Virus record (IMG/VR): IMGVR_UViG_3300030107_003448
Span: 36,679-100,678 of that record
Strand: one strand, 5' to 3'
Source: a virus
DNA length: 64,000 nucleotides
A program made the translations under genes and the position numbers. Within the stretch, counting starts at the first letter, position 1; each line of letters begins with the position of its first letter. This document shows, piece after piece, positions 8,785-23,700 of this stretch. A model generated the notes under the pieces. The model was not told the DNA's origin, made no database searches, and saw only the letters and a list, made by a program, of their open reading frames with translations.

Positions 8785-11700
8785 ATGGTAGTAGTATCAA
8801 AGGCAGGGCACGCTCTTGTATTAAATGGTATCAGTGATGGTATTATTATCCCAGATTCTCATTTTTCTCATACAGGTATTCAAAGTGAAAGAGGGGATTT
8901 TTCTGGCCCTAGTATAGATAATGTTGCTTTAAACACACAATCAGATACAACTGGTATAGGTAGATTACATACTTTAACTATTGAAGCATGGGTAAAACCA
9001 GATTGCGGTGGAGTGGTTCTTAGTAAAGATGGTTTGTTTGAATTAAAAGTAGGACAAGTAGGAGAACCCGGGCCTGCTGTTTTAACTGCTCATATGAATA
9101 ATCCACATCAAAATAAAACAATTATCGTTGCTAGTGCTATTAAAAATACAGGCACCCCTAGATGGGAAGGTACAGTTTTTCCTCGGCATGGAGTTGATGT
9201 ACACGGCTCTTACAATAGTGATGCTTCTGCTACAATTGCTACTGGATTAAATATAGGACATAGGGAATTATTACATGTAGTCGGTCTTATCAGTAGCAAT
9301 AAAGTTGCTTTATTTATTAATGGGACTTTAATGGCTCAAGAATTATTACCGACAGGAGATTTCATGCTTGATTTTTCTAGCAGTGATATATTTATCGGGG
9401 GTAAAGGAGGAGAATTTCGTGGAGCAATTGAATCTGTTCATTTATCAAGAGGGTTTGATGCTCAAATTCTTAAACCAGACCCCCCTATAATAAATAATAA
9501 TACAATTGCTATTTGGAGATTTGAAGAACCTGCTGAAGTCCATAATACTGTTTATCAAAGTGGAGGGGAAACAGCAGCAGCCGATGGTAGCACGAAAACT
9601 GTTTCATTGTCAACTGCTGATGCTCAATCTTTAATTGCTACAATTACAGGTAATGCATATGATTCTACTTCTCCTTCCCTTGATTTAACTGCTTCTCCTT
9701 ACTCTAGTGGTAATTATAAAGTAATGGATTTAGTTAGCGCCCCTGCTAGTCCTACTACAATTTTAGTGCCTCATACTCCTTATAATATTCTATTTAACCC
9801 AGATGGTTTAAATTTGAGCACTAAAAAGCCTAATCAAAAACCCCCAGAACGTTTGCGTTTATTAGGAATAAATGGCTCTACTGGTGTAATTAGTGTTGAA
9901 AGTATTCATTTAGATTTTTCAATAGCAGGGGCACGTAGAGGGTTATTGCATAGTAAAACAGCAAATGTAGATGACCATTTTGTATTAATTTCTGGAGATT
10001 TATTAATTGATGGTGGAACTGGTCAACCTTATCAGCCCCCTCATTATGGTTCACAAGTTATTGATAGAACAGGACAAATGGTAATTGACGAAGGTAACTT
10101 TCAATACCATGGTTTAATTTATTCTTCCAGAATGGCTACTACTACAACAGATAGTGATAATCCATATGCTGTCGTCTGGCCTTCTATAGATACAAAATTC
10201 CAAATGGGACATACTGGTAGACACACATTATCTATTCAAGAAGGACATCATTATTTACGACAATTACCAACACCGAATAATGAAATTATACACCAAAGCA
10301 CAGACGCATCTGCTGATATTGCAGAAATTTATTTTGACGCATCCCACAAAGGATTAGAATCTGTTATACCTATTAATAGTAGATTAGATATTTATCGTGA
10401 AAGTCTAATATCGCCTGTTAGTAATATTATTAATTCTAGTTGGGCCTTTGGATTAGTCGATAATGGTAAAGCAGAAGGAAGTGGTCGAGAATTATTAGCC
10501 ATAGGTGGAGTAGGTGCTAAAACTGGAATAGGGCAGACGATATTTGACTATACTCCATTTTTATTGAAAGGTCCTATTGAAGCGCCATCGATGTCGCACG
10601 ATTTTACTAATTATCGTAAACATCATTTGCGACCAATTACTAAAAGTAGAATTGCTATTTTATCTGTACCTTCTTTAAATGATGCCTCTTTTGTAGGTGC
10701 AGGAAATCAAATAGCGCCTTTTGTTCAAATTCATTATAATGCTGTAGATATAACTGGACAAAGCGTAGGCTGTAAAGATAGTGGAGTAGAAATTGATAAT
10801 GGTGGTGGATATACCGCAGGTACTGCAACTTCTATGCAAGTATCTACTGTGGATATTAGAACAAAATTTGTAGTAGGCGATGCCGTATTTACTTCAAACG
10901 GAGATTTACTTGGTGTGATTACTGCTATACCAGATGGTACACATTTTACTATAGGAGCAGGGACTAATGTAGCAGTAGCAGATAATGATAATTTATTTTC
11001 AATTAATCCTTTTTTACTAATAGAAAAAACTGTGCCTTCTGCTGATACTGTTTTAAATTCTACTGGGCCTGTAACAGTATACGATGCTATTCTTAATGAC
11101 TTAGCAGATGCTGCAAAAGATACACAATTATATGCGCCGGGTGGTTTAATTACTTTAGATACTTCAAATTCAGATGGGCAGTTACCCGATGTTGAATTAG
11201 AAAGTTTATTTCAATCAGACCCAGAAGAAGGAATCCATAATGAAGACGAATTAAATGAATCTTTAACTCCTCAAAATTATAGTTTGGTTCATCCTAGTGA
11301 TGTGGCGAAAGCAAATCCTCAACTCATCAATGCAGAACATACTACTATTGCTCATGATGCTGTATTCCATAGACTAGTGATTAATCAACAAAATATAGAT
11401 TTAATAAATCAGTTAACAGAAAGTGCAAATTATTTTAGAAGAAATTCAAGTATTACAGGTAGTGGCGCAGGCGGTTACGATATAGGCAACACTAGTGCTG
11501 CTAGTCATTTAAATGAATCTTTTGATATTATATCTGCTAGAAAAATAGATGGGATGGAAAGTCAGTCTAAGCAGTTTTTGATACACCCTAGCGATAGGGC
11601 TCGTTTTTCTCAATTAACTAAATTAAATACTACAAATAGTCGCCCCGAAGAACCAAATATAGTTTCTATTCAATATTTAATGACAAAAACAAGAGCGACT

Positions 11701-14700
11701 TCTATATCTTCTCAAGAGGGGTCTTCTGATAGACAAGTAGAAATGATATGCACTGGATTAATAGGAGATGCTGGAGCAATAGGTATTGATGTATTAGGTA
11801 GTGGGGCACCAGATTCTCATGCTATTAAAGAAGTAATGCCGGGCGCACCTGTTGTAACTGTTACATTAGGAGGACCCGGGCAAGGTGCTGTGAATACTAA
11901 ACCTACGTATGACCCATCACCATTCACGAGACTGGGTTGGAATACTCGTAAAGATTGCGGGGCTATTATTACTAATATAGCAGCCACTGGAGGCACAGTA
12001 GCATGGACTGTCGCTCCTTTAAATAACGCTTCTACAGATTTGGCCAGTTGGGGAACATATTGTTTCCCTAGGGTAGGAAGAATTTATTTAGAAAATGGAG
12101 CGCACGCTGCATATAATGCTAAATCGGGTGCTTCTTTCACTATGGATGGCACTGCTTCTGGCCTAGCCTCATCTGGTAAATATATCAAACCAGATGGCAC
12201 CCCTGCTGATGGATATGCTGAATGGTTAGTTGCTTGTGGTTTAACTGCTAATTCTAAATGTAATTTCAAAGTATTTGTTGATGGTAGTTTTGGAGAAGAT
12301 ACTGTTTGTAATGACGGCTCTACTATTAATGATAGAATGTTTCAAACTATGGACAGTGTCACCCATGATTATCAATTAGGGACACAATATGCTTCTACTC
12401 GTTCATTAGTAGAAATACCAATATTCCCAGATTTATTATTTACTAATACAGAAAGATGTATTAATCCGGGACCAGATAACTCATTAAAACTCCATATAGA
12501 TGCTACATATACAGCACACAATTGGGCACCAAGCCCTGTAGGAAGAAGATGTCCTTCTTATTCGCCTAGAGATAGAACTGCTTTTGGTGTTTCTGGGCAT
12601 AAAATATCATTACAAAGTTCACTCAAAGGCGCTCATATTACAGGCGACCCTTATCTAAATGGTGGTGATTTACGTTTACCAGTTTCTAATTACTCATTAT
12701 TTCAAAATAGCACAACAACCCCTACTACATTAGGGGGTAAAAATCTCAGCACTCGTTACTTTAAAGCATTTTTAGCAAATGGAGAATGGGCTACTTATAC
12801 GACATCTCATTCTGGTGGCTATTTAATTTTAACAAATGGACCAAGCACCGATGTAGGTAAAGATATGTCGGATAATTTCTTAGAAACTGTTGAGCCCGGT
12901 ATGAGTATTTTTCCGGGACCTTCTTTAATTAATGATAATCTTATGCCTATTAGAGACCACCCAACAGTAGCATCTGCTGCTTATGAAGGCAGGTCTTCGT
13001 ATTATTATAATAGGTCTAACGTGCAAACCCAAGGCGGAAATATAGATTATGGTTTAAGGCAATATGTATCAGCAATCGAATTGAAAGCAGGCCCTCGTGA
13101 GAATCCTCATTTACCTAAAACCAAAAATAAAAGAGCACGCAGCACAGTAGTTTCGTGGACTGCGGGCAGTCATCTTTTGATATTAGATGATGCGTCTGAT
13201 TTCCCGTTAGGTGGAACTACTCTATTATATTTGAATGGGGCTACTCATCAATTTCAATATAGAGTAGCATATATTGACACCAGTGGAAATGAGCAAACTG
13301 CTCATTATAAAGCCGAAGCCGTTACTGGAAATAATATTATTTTATCTTCTGGATTATATAGTGGAAGTTGGAATCCTCCTGTAGGCACAGAAATTTATGT
13401 TAAAGATTTCCATAATATTACAGCAAATAAATACCCCGAAGTAATAGAAGAAATACCATTGAGTAATGCTTGGCTTAATCCATATGCTGCTGGTGGTTTG
13501 AGAGAAGGAGATACTGTTTGGATGAATATGCATTATACAAATCCGCACGCAGTTGAAGGATTGTTTTGTAAAAGCCATGGAGTATTCGATGAATCAAAAG
13601 TGCATACTATGTTTAATGGGGGCGAAGGTCTATTTACTACAACCCCAAGAAGCAGTATTCCTATGGAAAATTTCCTTATTGGTAATACATGTTTAGAAAC
13701 AGCCAAAAATTTAGTGCAACATATTAACCAAACTGTAACTAAAAACTTTGAAACATTAGGAAGAAAGAAGACTTTTACTGATAATACTTGTGATACTAAC
13801 CACACTTCTGGTTTATCTGATGGCACAACTACAAGCGTTAGGCATATCACACACACTGCTAATTCTAATATTGTAGCAGGTTTGTTGGTAAGCGGCACAG
13901 GCATCCCAGATGGGGCATATATTACTGCAATTAACACTGCTACTTGTTTTACTATAAGTGCAGATACTAGTGCCACAAATACAAATACAACTCTTACTTT
14001 TACCACTCCTACACATGCTCCTGTTGCCTTTTTAGACCCATATCAAGCAACAGAAACATTTGCTCGTGTATTACTTTATGATGTATCGCAAGATAGAGAA
14101 TTTATCGCTATGCAAGATTTACATATGCAAGTGCAAACATCTCCTCAAACACCTAAACTTGGCAGCCCTGCTAGTTACTTAGTATCAGGGCCTGCTGCCT
14201 TTGATGGGACTCCAGTTAGTGCTAATTATAGCACAGAAATAGATGTTGCTAATGGTTTCCCGTCACAAGTTAAATCTCATTCTCCTACTGCTGCTTCTGA
14301 ATATATAGAATCTGCATACACACATAGTGCTCATTGGAACCAATATGCCCCTGTAGGTTTAAGCGCAGGATTTGAACATACAATCAATTCTTTTAGTTGT
14401 TTAGGAGATTTTGGTCATGCAAGAGTGAAAGAGTCTGCTTGTTGCCCCGATACTGCTTATTTGACACATGCGTATAGACAAAGCGGTGCTGCTGAGACTT
14501 CAGAAACAATTTATTCTACTACTTTTGATACCCCAATGGGAACAAGAGTAATTCCTTCTTTTTTATGTTTGAAAGGAATTCGTAATGAAGCATTAGATTT
14601 ATCTCAATATGCTGACACTAAGTTGCAATATTTACCTCAATGGACTCAAATGGATTTCGTAAGACGATTGACTGTCGACCTTGGTGAAATTGGGCTAAGA

Positions 14701-17700
14701 GAAGGAGTAACAGATATAGAAGCAGCCATAAATGAAGTAGTGCGCTTAATTAATCAAGCAGGAGCATTAAAAGGCAGAACACACGCTAGAAGACCTGCTA
14801 GTCAATATCCCGGTGAAACAGATAGATTAGATATTGATAACGTTGGTCCTAACCCAGATGTATCTCATTCTGATTCTGATGCATCTGCTCCTCATTTATC
14901 TGCTGATTTCTCTGCAACAGGCTCTACTCATGACCCTGCTCCGTTTTGGGAAAATAGTATTAGTTTTGCAAGTCATGATAGAGGTTCTCATATGGGTTAT
15001 GTAAGAGCCCATGTAGGTAGAGTTGTAGAAGATTCAGATGGAAATGAAGGCTATACTATAGTCATACACAGCACTATACCGGGAGCAAGTGGGCGTAATT
15101 TCTGTATATGGTTGGATAATTCTAAAGGACAATCCGCATATAAGCCTCAATTTTTAATTGGCCATGGTGGAAGATTCCGTAATTTCTGGTGTAGACCAGA
15201 TGAAATGACTTTAGAAAACATGCACCCTGCTCCTATGCCTATCAATAAAGACGGGAGGCCCTTTGCTCCTATTACAACTCTTAAAGAAATATTACCACCA
15301 GAAGAATCGACTGATGAATATGTGAATAATTTGTATTTAGGTAAAGGAGTATTAAGCACAGCAGGGGCTTCTAGTGATGGTACAGAAAATGCCAATACTG
15401 TAGGTGTAACTGGTAATCACCAAAATACTGTATATGACGAATCTTATGAAACTCAAGGGACAGAATCTGTATTAGTAGAAGGACTGCGTGCAGGTACTCC
15501 TGCTTTGGCTCGTATCAATTTTGGAGGTATGGTCATGGCAGGTATTCCCGGTTGGTCACCTAAAGCGGGCCAGTGGGGTTGTGGCCGAACTGGTAATACC
15601 CGCTACCTAGCAGCATATGGTCAAACTACTGTTGGGGGTTTTAATTATGTTAAGTATAATTCAAGCACTAATGGACATGTTCCTAGCGATGATTATAAAG
15701 ATGAAAATATCGGTAATGGTAATTTATATGGAATTAAATTAACTGACCATTTAGGTAGAACTCATATTATTCGTTTTATTTATTCCCAATTTGAAGAATC
15801 TTTCACAAACGATTTAACAGAATTACCCCCAACAATCGACCAAGAAATTTGTATTTGGTTTGACGATAGGGATGTAGGACAAGGCGGTTTTACAATTGGC
15901 CGACATATGTTAGGCGAAGGTGATGTATGTGCTAAATCTGCTTTAAGTGTAAACGATGAGTTTGTAGGAAATAAATGGGGCCCTTACCCTTCTCCATTCG
16001 TAGGATTAGGAGTTACTGCTAGTACAGCATGGGATGCTGCCAATACCAAATTAACTGTAGTATTAGCGGCACCTTATGATACATCTAGTGCTTTAGGTGC
16101 TCACCCAGATATATTAGGATATATGGGATTCCCAGATTCTGGTGTCTTACAATATAACGGTAATAGTAAATCTGGTGTTACTTTATCTTATACATCTCGT
16201 ACCCATAATAATGAAAACGGACCACATGTATTTTATGGAGTGACAGGTAATGGTGCTTTGGCTCATAATCAAGCAGGTAATATTACTTCTCGTATAAATT
16301 GGAATACGTTATTAACAGACGAAATTATTGCTGCTGCTGTCGAATTTGCTATTAATATGGATGACCCTAATAGTATTAGTGTTACTAAAACTAGATTTGA
16401 TTGCACAGAAATGTATGCTGCTGATGGTAAAAAATTAAAAGATTGGGGTTTAACTAAAAATTCTATACGAATAAGAGCGCATAGTAAAACAAGTAGAGTT
16501 ACTCCTTTAAATTGTTTATTTGAAGCAACTACTGCAAAAGATTGGGGAATCCACGCTAGTACTATTTTAGCAGAACACGGCACTGCTGAAACTAGTGAAA
16601 CACGTATACCGACAGGGTATTTACCTGCCACTGTATTAAATTTAAAAACAAGATATTATGGAACTAATGCAAATACTGCTACACCTGTTGTAGTAGATAG
16701 TGCAAATAATGTTATCGATACTACAGTATGGAAAGATAATTTACGTGGCACTCGTTTTATAGATACGCCCGGAGATTTAATCATACCTAGGATTGACAGC
16801 CCTTCTGTCGAAATTGATGGCAGTACACATAGCGCAGGCGAAGTGCAGACTACGAATGGGGATTCATTCTGGCATGTATTAAGACCTACATCAACTGGTG
16901 GATTTGGAGAAAGAAAACGTATTTGGTGGAATGAAAAAGAATGGGCATTAGTTACTGGTTCTGTCCAGAGTGGGCCTCGTCATCAGTTCGATTGGCCTAC
17001 TACAGCAGAACAAGCAATATCTGCTAACTGGGAAACCGAATTAACAGATTTAGGCACTAATGCCGCTTTGGTTTATACTCATACAAATATAGAACATGCT
17101 AACGAATTTGATGGACTAAGGTTAACAGGTAATACAGGTGGGGAGCCATTAGTATATTTCCGTGGAGCACGAGATAGTGTTGACCATGAGGTTCCACTAT
17201 ACTTTGGTGGTGGATTTAGTGGTGTAACATTAGATATTAATGATGGCACACAAAATGACTATAGTGATTTCTATACTCACCCATATGCTAATGGTCCAAC
17301 AGGTAGCACAGGTTTACAAAACATAGGTGAAAAATCTACTTCTTATTGTTTGCTAGATGCACATGCTATGTTGGCTATGTTCCCCGGAACTCCTTATTTA
17401 GATGACCATAAAGGACAAAACAATCCTCCATATTTTAATCAAAATTCTATTTTGAGTCATGATATGGCAGGAGGGGCTATGACTCATCCTGACGGAAATA
17501 CTCGATATGGTGCTGTCGCAAGAGGTAGTAGAAGTGTTAGTAAATACGTCCCAGTTACAGTCCCTAGCCCTATAGTATTGCGGTTTTCACATCCACACGC
17601 TCGTTATCATCCTGCTTTATTTTCAGAAGGAGGCTATCAAGATTCAGATACTTATAGTATGTATGTGGTATTTGGTCCCGGACAATCTTTTCCTATGAAT

Positions 17701-20700
17701 AATGCGGTTTCTACTGAACCCCAAGTAGGTATATTCCATGCTCTATCAGGTAATATGTGGTCTTCTACACCACCATATAGTGATTGGACAGGCGGCGGCA
17801 CTCCTGAATCTACCTATTTACCTAATTTATTAGTTTGTGGAGGAGGAGACCATATAAGTATGGCAGGTTCTTTAGATGTATATTTACCTCCTAGTAATAA
17901 TCAACAAAGAGGAAATTTAGCAGGGTGGAATTATGAAATGAATTGGGAGCCTGCTCAAGGCATGCCTAATCTTATTACAGAAATTAATTCTGCTACTTCT
18001 TCTATCCGCTATGGGTTTGACCAAGGGGCTAACGAAGGAAGATATTATGGTAATCATTTTAAAGCACCTACTACTAATTCAACTTCTCCACCATTTTCGC
18101 ATCCATTCGATTCTCCTGCTCTTAATTCAGTTCCTGCGAGCACTTCTGTTATACGGACTAGTGGATTTAAATGGCATATGGATGGGGGTTATCATCCCGG
18201 TGGACATTGGCTTGATAATTGTGTATTGAAAAATACATATCAACCTATAGCCAATGCCCCTATTCCTAATAAATTCACTTCTGGAAGCAGTCCCGGTGAC
18301 AAAGGCACCCCTTATCCTGCTGCTTTTAGAGTAGGCTCACTTTTAACAGCAGCATATATGAATAGTGATTCTGCACAAGCGGCAAGTGGAGATACTACTG
18401 GTAACGATGTAATTTTAATTGATGCTACCCGTTGCCAAAACGCAGAAGAATTAGCCACAGTTATATCTTGCGCTATTAATGAATTTCCCGGAAAGGCAGG
18501 ATTAAAATCATTAGGAGGTACATTTTTACCTTCATTCCAAAATAGTCATAAACAAGATAAATATGGGTGGGTTCCACTTCTTGGAGAAAATGCTAGTTAC
18601 ACCGAAGGGACTTCTATACCTAATGGTCATGTAACTATAACTAACCCTAATGGAGGAGGTTCGACTGTTATGCCTCCTATACCACGTTATGGTTGGATTA
18701 GAACTGTTAGAGGAGGAAACCATGGTCCTATAGTCGGAGATTATAGTGCAGGGGCAACAGGAACTTTTGCTCCATATGTTGCTGTAGATTCTACTACTAC
18801 AGCAGGAGACCTCAAATTTATTCTTGGAGCAAATGGTGGAGGGCATATGAAATTTTGTGACCCTATTAGCACAACAGCCACTCCTCCATATGTTACTGCC
18901 GCTACATTAAACGCTGAATTAGACCATGGTGTATATGTTTGGTCTAAAACTGGTAATTGGATTTACAACAATGGTAGACCTACTGGTAGAATGTCTAAGA
19001 ATGCAGATACTAGTAGTGCTATCAACGCTAATAGCCAAGACCATATGTGTCATGTTCATTTTAATGGTCTCACTGATGCAATAGACCGCACTAGACCTAT
19101 TGGGGCAATAGGCTGGCATGGAGAAAGATATTCTTATTTAAATAGTTTAATTTTAGATAACGGAGCGCCTGTAGCAGGCACTGCTGTATATTCAGCAGGA
19201 TTAGGAGCATGGTATAGTGAGTTAGGTTTTTCTCCTTATGGTTCTATGACAACTTGTAATTCTATAGCAAGTAAAGTATCAAGAAATGATAATCAACAAC
19301 TTTTCCCTGCACAATGTCCTAGTGGTTTAAGTTCTCGACATTTAATAGCCGTAACATATGAATCAGAAATGGCTATAGTAGCCAAGGCTATGCAAGATGG
19401 TCAAGTGTGTGGTGGAGATTGGTTGTATAAAGCACAAGCAGTTGGAACAGGTACAACTTCTGCTGTTACCCCTCCTAACACAACCGCAGGCACACGTAAA
19501 TGGAGTCCTAATATTCAAAATCTTTCTCGATATACTGCTCCTGCTACAGGAGGACCTAATGTTGAGGCTCAATTCATTAAAGACCAAATCCAACCTTATC
19601 AAGCAGGAGTAATAACTGGTCTTACTATCACTAGTGGAGGAAGTGGGTATAGTGCTGGCACTGCTGATTTAACTGGTGGTTCTGGAAGTGGAGCATCTAT
19701 TACTTATACAGTAAATTCTGGTGCTGTTAACGCTATCACGGCTATCGCATCCGCAGGGACAGGTTATCAGATAGGTGATGTGTTAACAGTCGGTGGCGGT
19801 GGAGGTAATGCTACAGTTACTGTAAGCGCTGGTACAGGTTATTGGTCTTCTGAAGTTACCACTACTGCTCATTTATTGCATCCTGTAATTAGTGCAGATG
19901 GTGGAGCATCTGAAGGAGTGTTATCTACTCCTTGCGCTTCTCCTACAGGCGATTTATTTTGGGAAGAATCTACTGTTGTAGGTAATAGGTTTCATGTAGA
20001 TGACAATAATTATCGAGTAAAATGCACTGAAAATACTGATGCTAATTTTAATGCTGTCGAAGATGATACAGACCCTTGGGGATATTGGAAAGATAAATCA
20101 GCAGGGCGTAATTTCAATGTTGAACATATTGTTTGGAAAAGAATGGATGGCGGAAATCTTACTATGCCTGCTTCTAATGCTCGTGGTTTAGGAGCAGTGC
20201 CTTGGTTATGGAGAGGAACTCCCGGATATGCAGGTAGTTACAAAACAGGAGAGACCATTTATGGTAATTGTAGATTTAGTTTTGAAACTACTAATTCGGC
20301 AATGTTCCCAATTATACAAGCACAAGAGTTAAGCCATCCTCAATTGGCTGAACAACATCCTTTTGAATTAAGAAATATTTTGATGATACCTAATGAAGAT
20401 TTACAATTTGAATCTATGGAAGTAATAGATGATACAGGCCAAACCCACACAATAGAAGGTGGGTCTCCATTAGGTACAATTATTCGTGACTTTGAAAAAA
20501 TTAGCGATAGAGGCTCAGAAGGTTTGTCTCCGTCTTTAGCAAATAGTGGATTAGCACCTAATATGAAAATTCAACTACCTCATCCAGATGCTATTCCGGG
20601 CAACATAGTAGTTCGTTCTGGATTCGATAGAATACAATCATACCAAAATGAAACAATTGGTAGTGGAGGTATGATGCATCCTGCTCAACCAGAACAAGGG

Positions 20701-23700
20701 GTCAAAGACATGTTTGCAGAACCAGATAGTGCACTTGGTCCAAGGACGTGGCCTACATGGGAAAATAAAGGATGGGAACATATTTCTCAAGATGCAGATG
20801 ATGTTAGTATAGAAGCAGGTAAAACTAGATTATCTTTCCCAGACACCCATAGTCAAGGCTGGCCGAATCATACTAATGATAATCCTTTAGAAACAGCATA
20901 TGAACAACACGATAGAACTCTATATTTCCATATTACTAAAATGGGTCACACTAGTACAAGCAGAGAGCCTACTTGTATTAGCACCAGCACTGGTATGGTA
21001 GAAAGTCAAACTATTACTTATTCAAGTCATAATGCTTCTGCGGGCACATTAACTGCTAGTGCTACTATTAATGCTAATATATTCAAAGCAGAGACAGGAA
21101 CTTCTGATAGTAGATATTTTGCTCGTGTAGAAGATAGCACAGGGCAAGGTGCTGTATTTTCTTTTACTAATACGAGCAGTGCTAATTTTACAGGTGTTAA
21201 ATTTGAGCCAAACTTTGAAACATTTATAGCAGGTAAAACAGGATTAACTATCAAGCCTTCTTATTATGTACCTGCTGGTTCTACTAGATTTTTTGCTGCT
21301 AGAAGATTAAGAGACCACTGTGAAATTTCTGGTAATAGTCCAGATATGAGAAAATTACCATGGCATACAATCATTAATGACGCTGCTGATGCGTTTTCTG
21401 CTATAATTGTACCAGAAACCATGATGACTCCTATGCCTATTCCAAGAATGGGCCACCATTATGTGACACCTACTATGTCTTTTATGCCGGGGCATTTTAC
21501 TCATCCGTTTTATGAAAATGCTTTTTCATTACAATTTGGTTGTAGCAATGCTAATGTTTCTCCTGAAGAAGACAAATATACACAAAGCGCTTTAGACCCA
21601 GACACAGGAGTACATCCTGTCATTAATAATATATCTACACATAATCCTTTAGTTTGGTTTTCAACTCCTTCTAGTCCTTATCGTCCTAGTGATATACATG
21701 GAGGAGCATTTACATTACTTACGGAAACTAAAGTAGCCTACGATGGATATGGAATTGCTGCTTCTAAAGGAGATGCAGGAACAGAAAATGCTACAGGCCG
21801 ACATATATTATATTTAGAAGCGGCTTCGTCTTATAGTTTAAAATCACATTTCCCCGACCCTATGGAAGTAGGTGCATATCAAATCATAATTCAACCTAAT
21901 GTGCACAAACAACAATTACAAGGGTTTCATAATAATCATGGCACAGCCACTAAAGGTCCTGATGAAGGAGGGACTAAAGTAGTAGAGTTAACTGGTCAAC
22001 AAGTCAATTTGGTAGTAGGTATTTCCCATGACCCGGGAGGCACTGTGAACCCAGATGGTAGTATAGCCTTATTGTTAGCAGAAGCAACCATGGCTGATAC
22101 TCGTGGGTGTGAAATTTTTATCAACGAAGTCATGTTAGATTTCAGTCCAGATTCTGGAGAACAATTTACTAATATTCCTCCGTTGGGATTATACAATCCA
22201 TTAGGTGTAAATGAAAATACATCACCGCCTTTCTCAAGAAAGAGCCTTCCATATAGACCGGGAACTTTTGATAGGGCTACTCCGGGATATACTATTACCG
22301 TTCCTTGGTGGGCTATTTTACATAGAGAAAGACCACCAGCGCCCGGCGCTTCTGCTAATACAACTGCTGGATTTAGGCATTTAGAATGGCATAAGCCAGA
22401 TGATTATTATCAATTTTGTAGAGCGACATATGGGGCAATAGGAGCGCAGATTACTTTAGCGGGTTACCCTTCTTTATATGCAGATACATATGCCCCACAT
22501 CAAAATTTACGTAGTTTAAATCCTCATTGTAAAGTATTGAGTGCTACATTAGATAGTGGTAGTGGTATTGGAGGAGTAGGCACAATCGTTGTCGACAATA
22601 ATGAAACATTCCCAGTTTATCCATATTATGGAGAAATATTAGAATACATAGATTACCTTGGAGTTAGACAACGTGCTACATATGCGACTAGAGATGGTCA
22701 TTTAGGTTCTAATATAACTAATGGTCCTGCTATATTCAAAAATGTAACTGCTCTTACTTTGGATTTTTGGCCTAATATAGTATCAGTCCCTAAAATGAAA
22801 GATGGTATTATTAAATTATCAAGACCTTATGATAATTTTGTTACAGGAGATATTTTCACAAAATCTACTAGCAGTGCTATTACTCGTGTATTACCTCAAA
22901 CATTACATGGTACAAGAGATACTAATAGTCTGCATATGGGAGATGCATATCTATGTTTATGGCACCCTAATTTAGGTAGACCATATACTTTTTATAGTGA
23001 TAACACAAGTAGAAGTTTCCAAGTATATGCTGCGGTAGATGCTTCTGTAAATAAAAATCCATACAACGCTCCTCCAGAACATTTTGAAACTATACACTAT
23101 CATGATTTCTTATACAGTATTAGTAAAGGTCCTTTCGGCTTCCATATGGGAGCAACTGACCCCGAAGGAGACGGTACATATGCTGAAATGAAAGGGCTGT
23201 TAACAGGTACTATTACGGCAGGTGGTAGTGGACATGCAGCCACAGATGTACTTACTTTAACCGCAGGGACTGGATTCTTAGGCACTTCTGCGACTGTTAC
23301 AGTTTCTACCGTAAGCACAGGAGCAGTAACTGCGTTTGCTATAACTACAGCAGGGGCAGGATATTCAGTAGGTGACGTTTTATCACAAACAGCCACTACT
23401 GGTAGTGGTTCTAGTTTCCAATTAACGATAACTGCTATAGGTTCATTTGATTCAACAAAAGTCCCTCAAGGAGATGCTACTAGACATTACACAGGTTTCT
23501 GGCCCGGAGGTAGTCGTGGTGGTCCGGGAGCAAGTAGATTAGATGGTTATGGATATATCAAAGCGGGGTGGGGAGACAATGATTTCGGTATGGATTGTAA
23601 ACCTTATGCTTTAGATGGGGGTGTTGCTGGTGGTATTGCAAGAAGTACCCACGCTACTTTATTAGCAGCAGGCGATAATATACACGGTAGACAATTTTGT

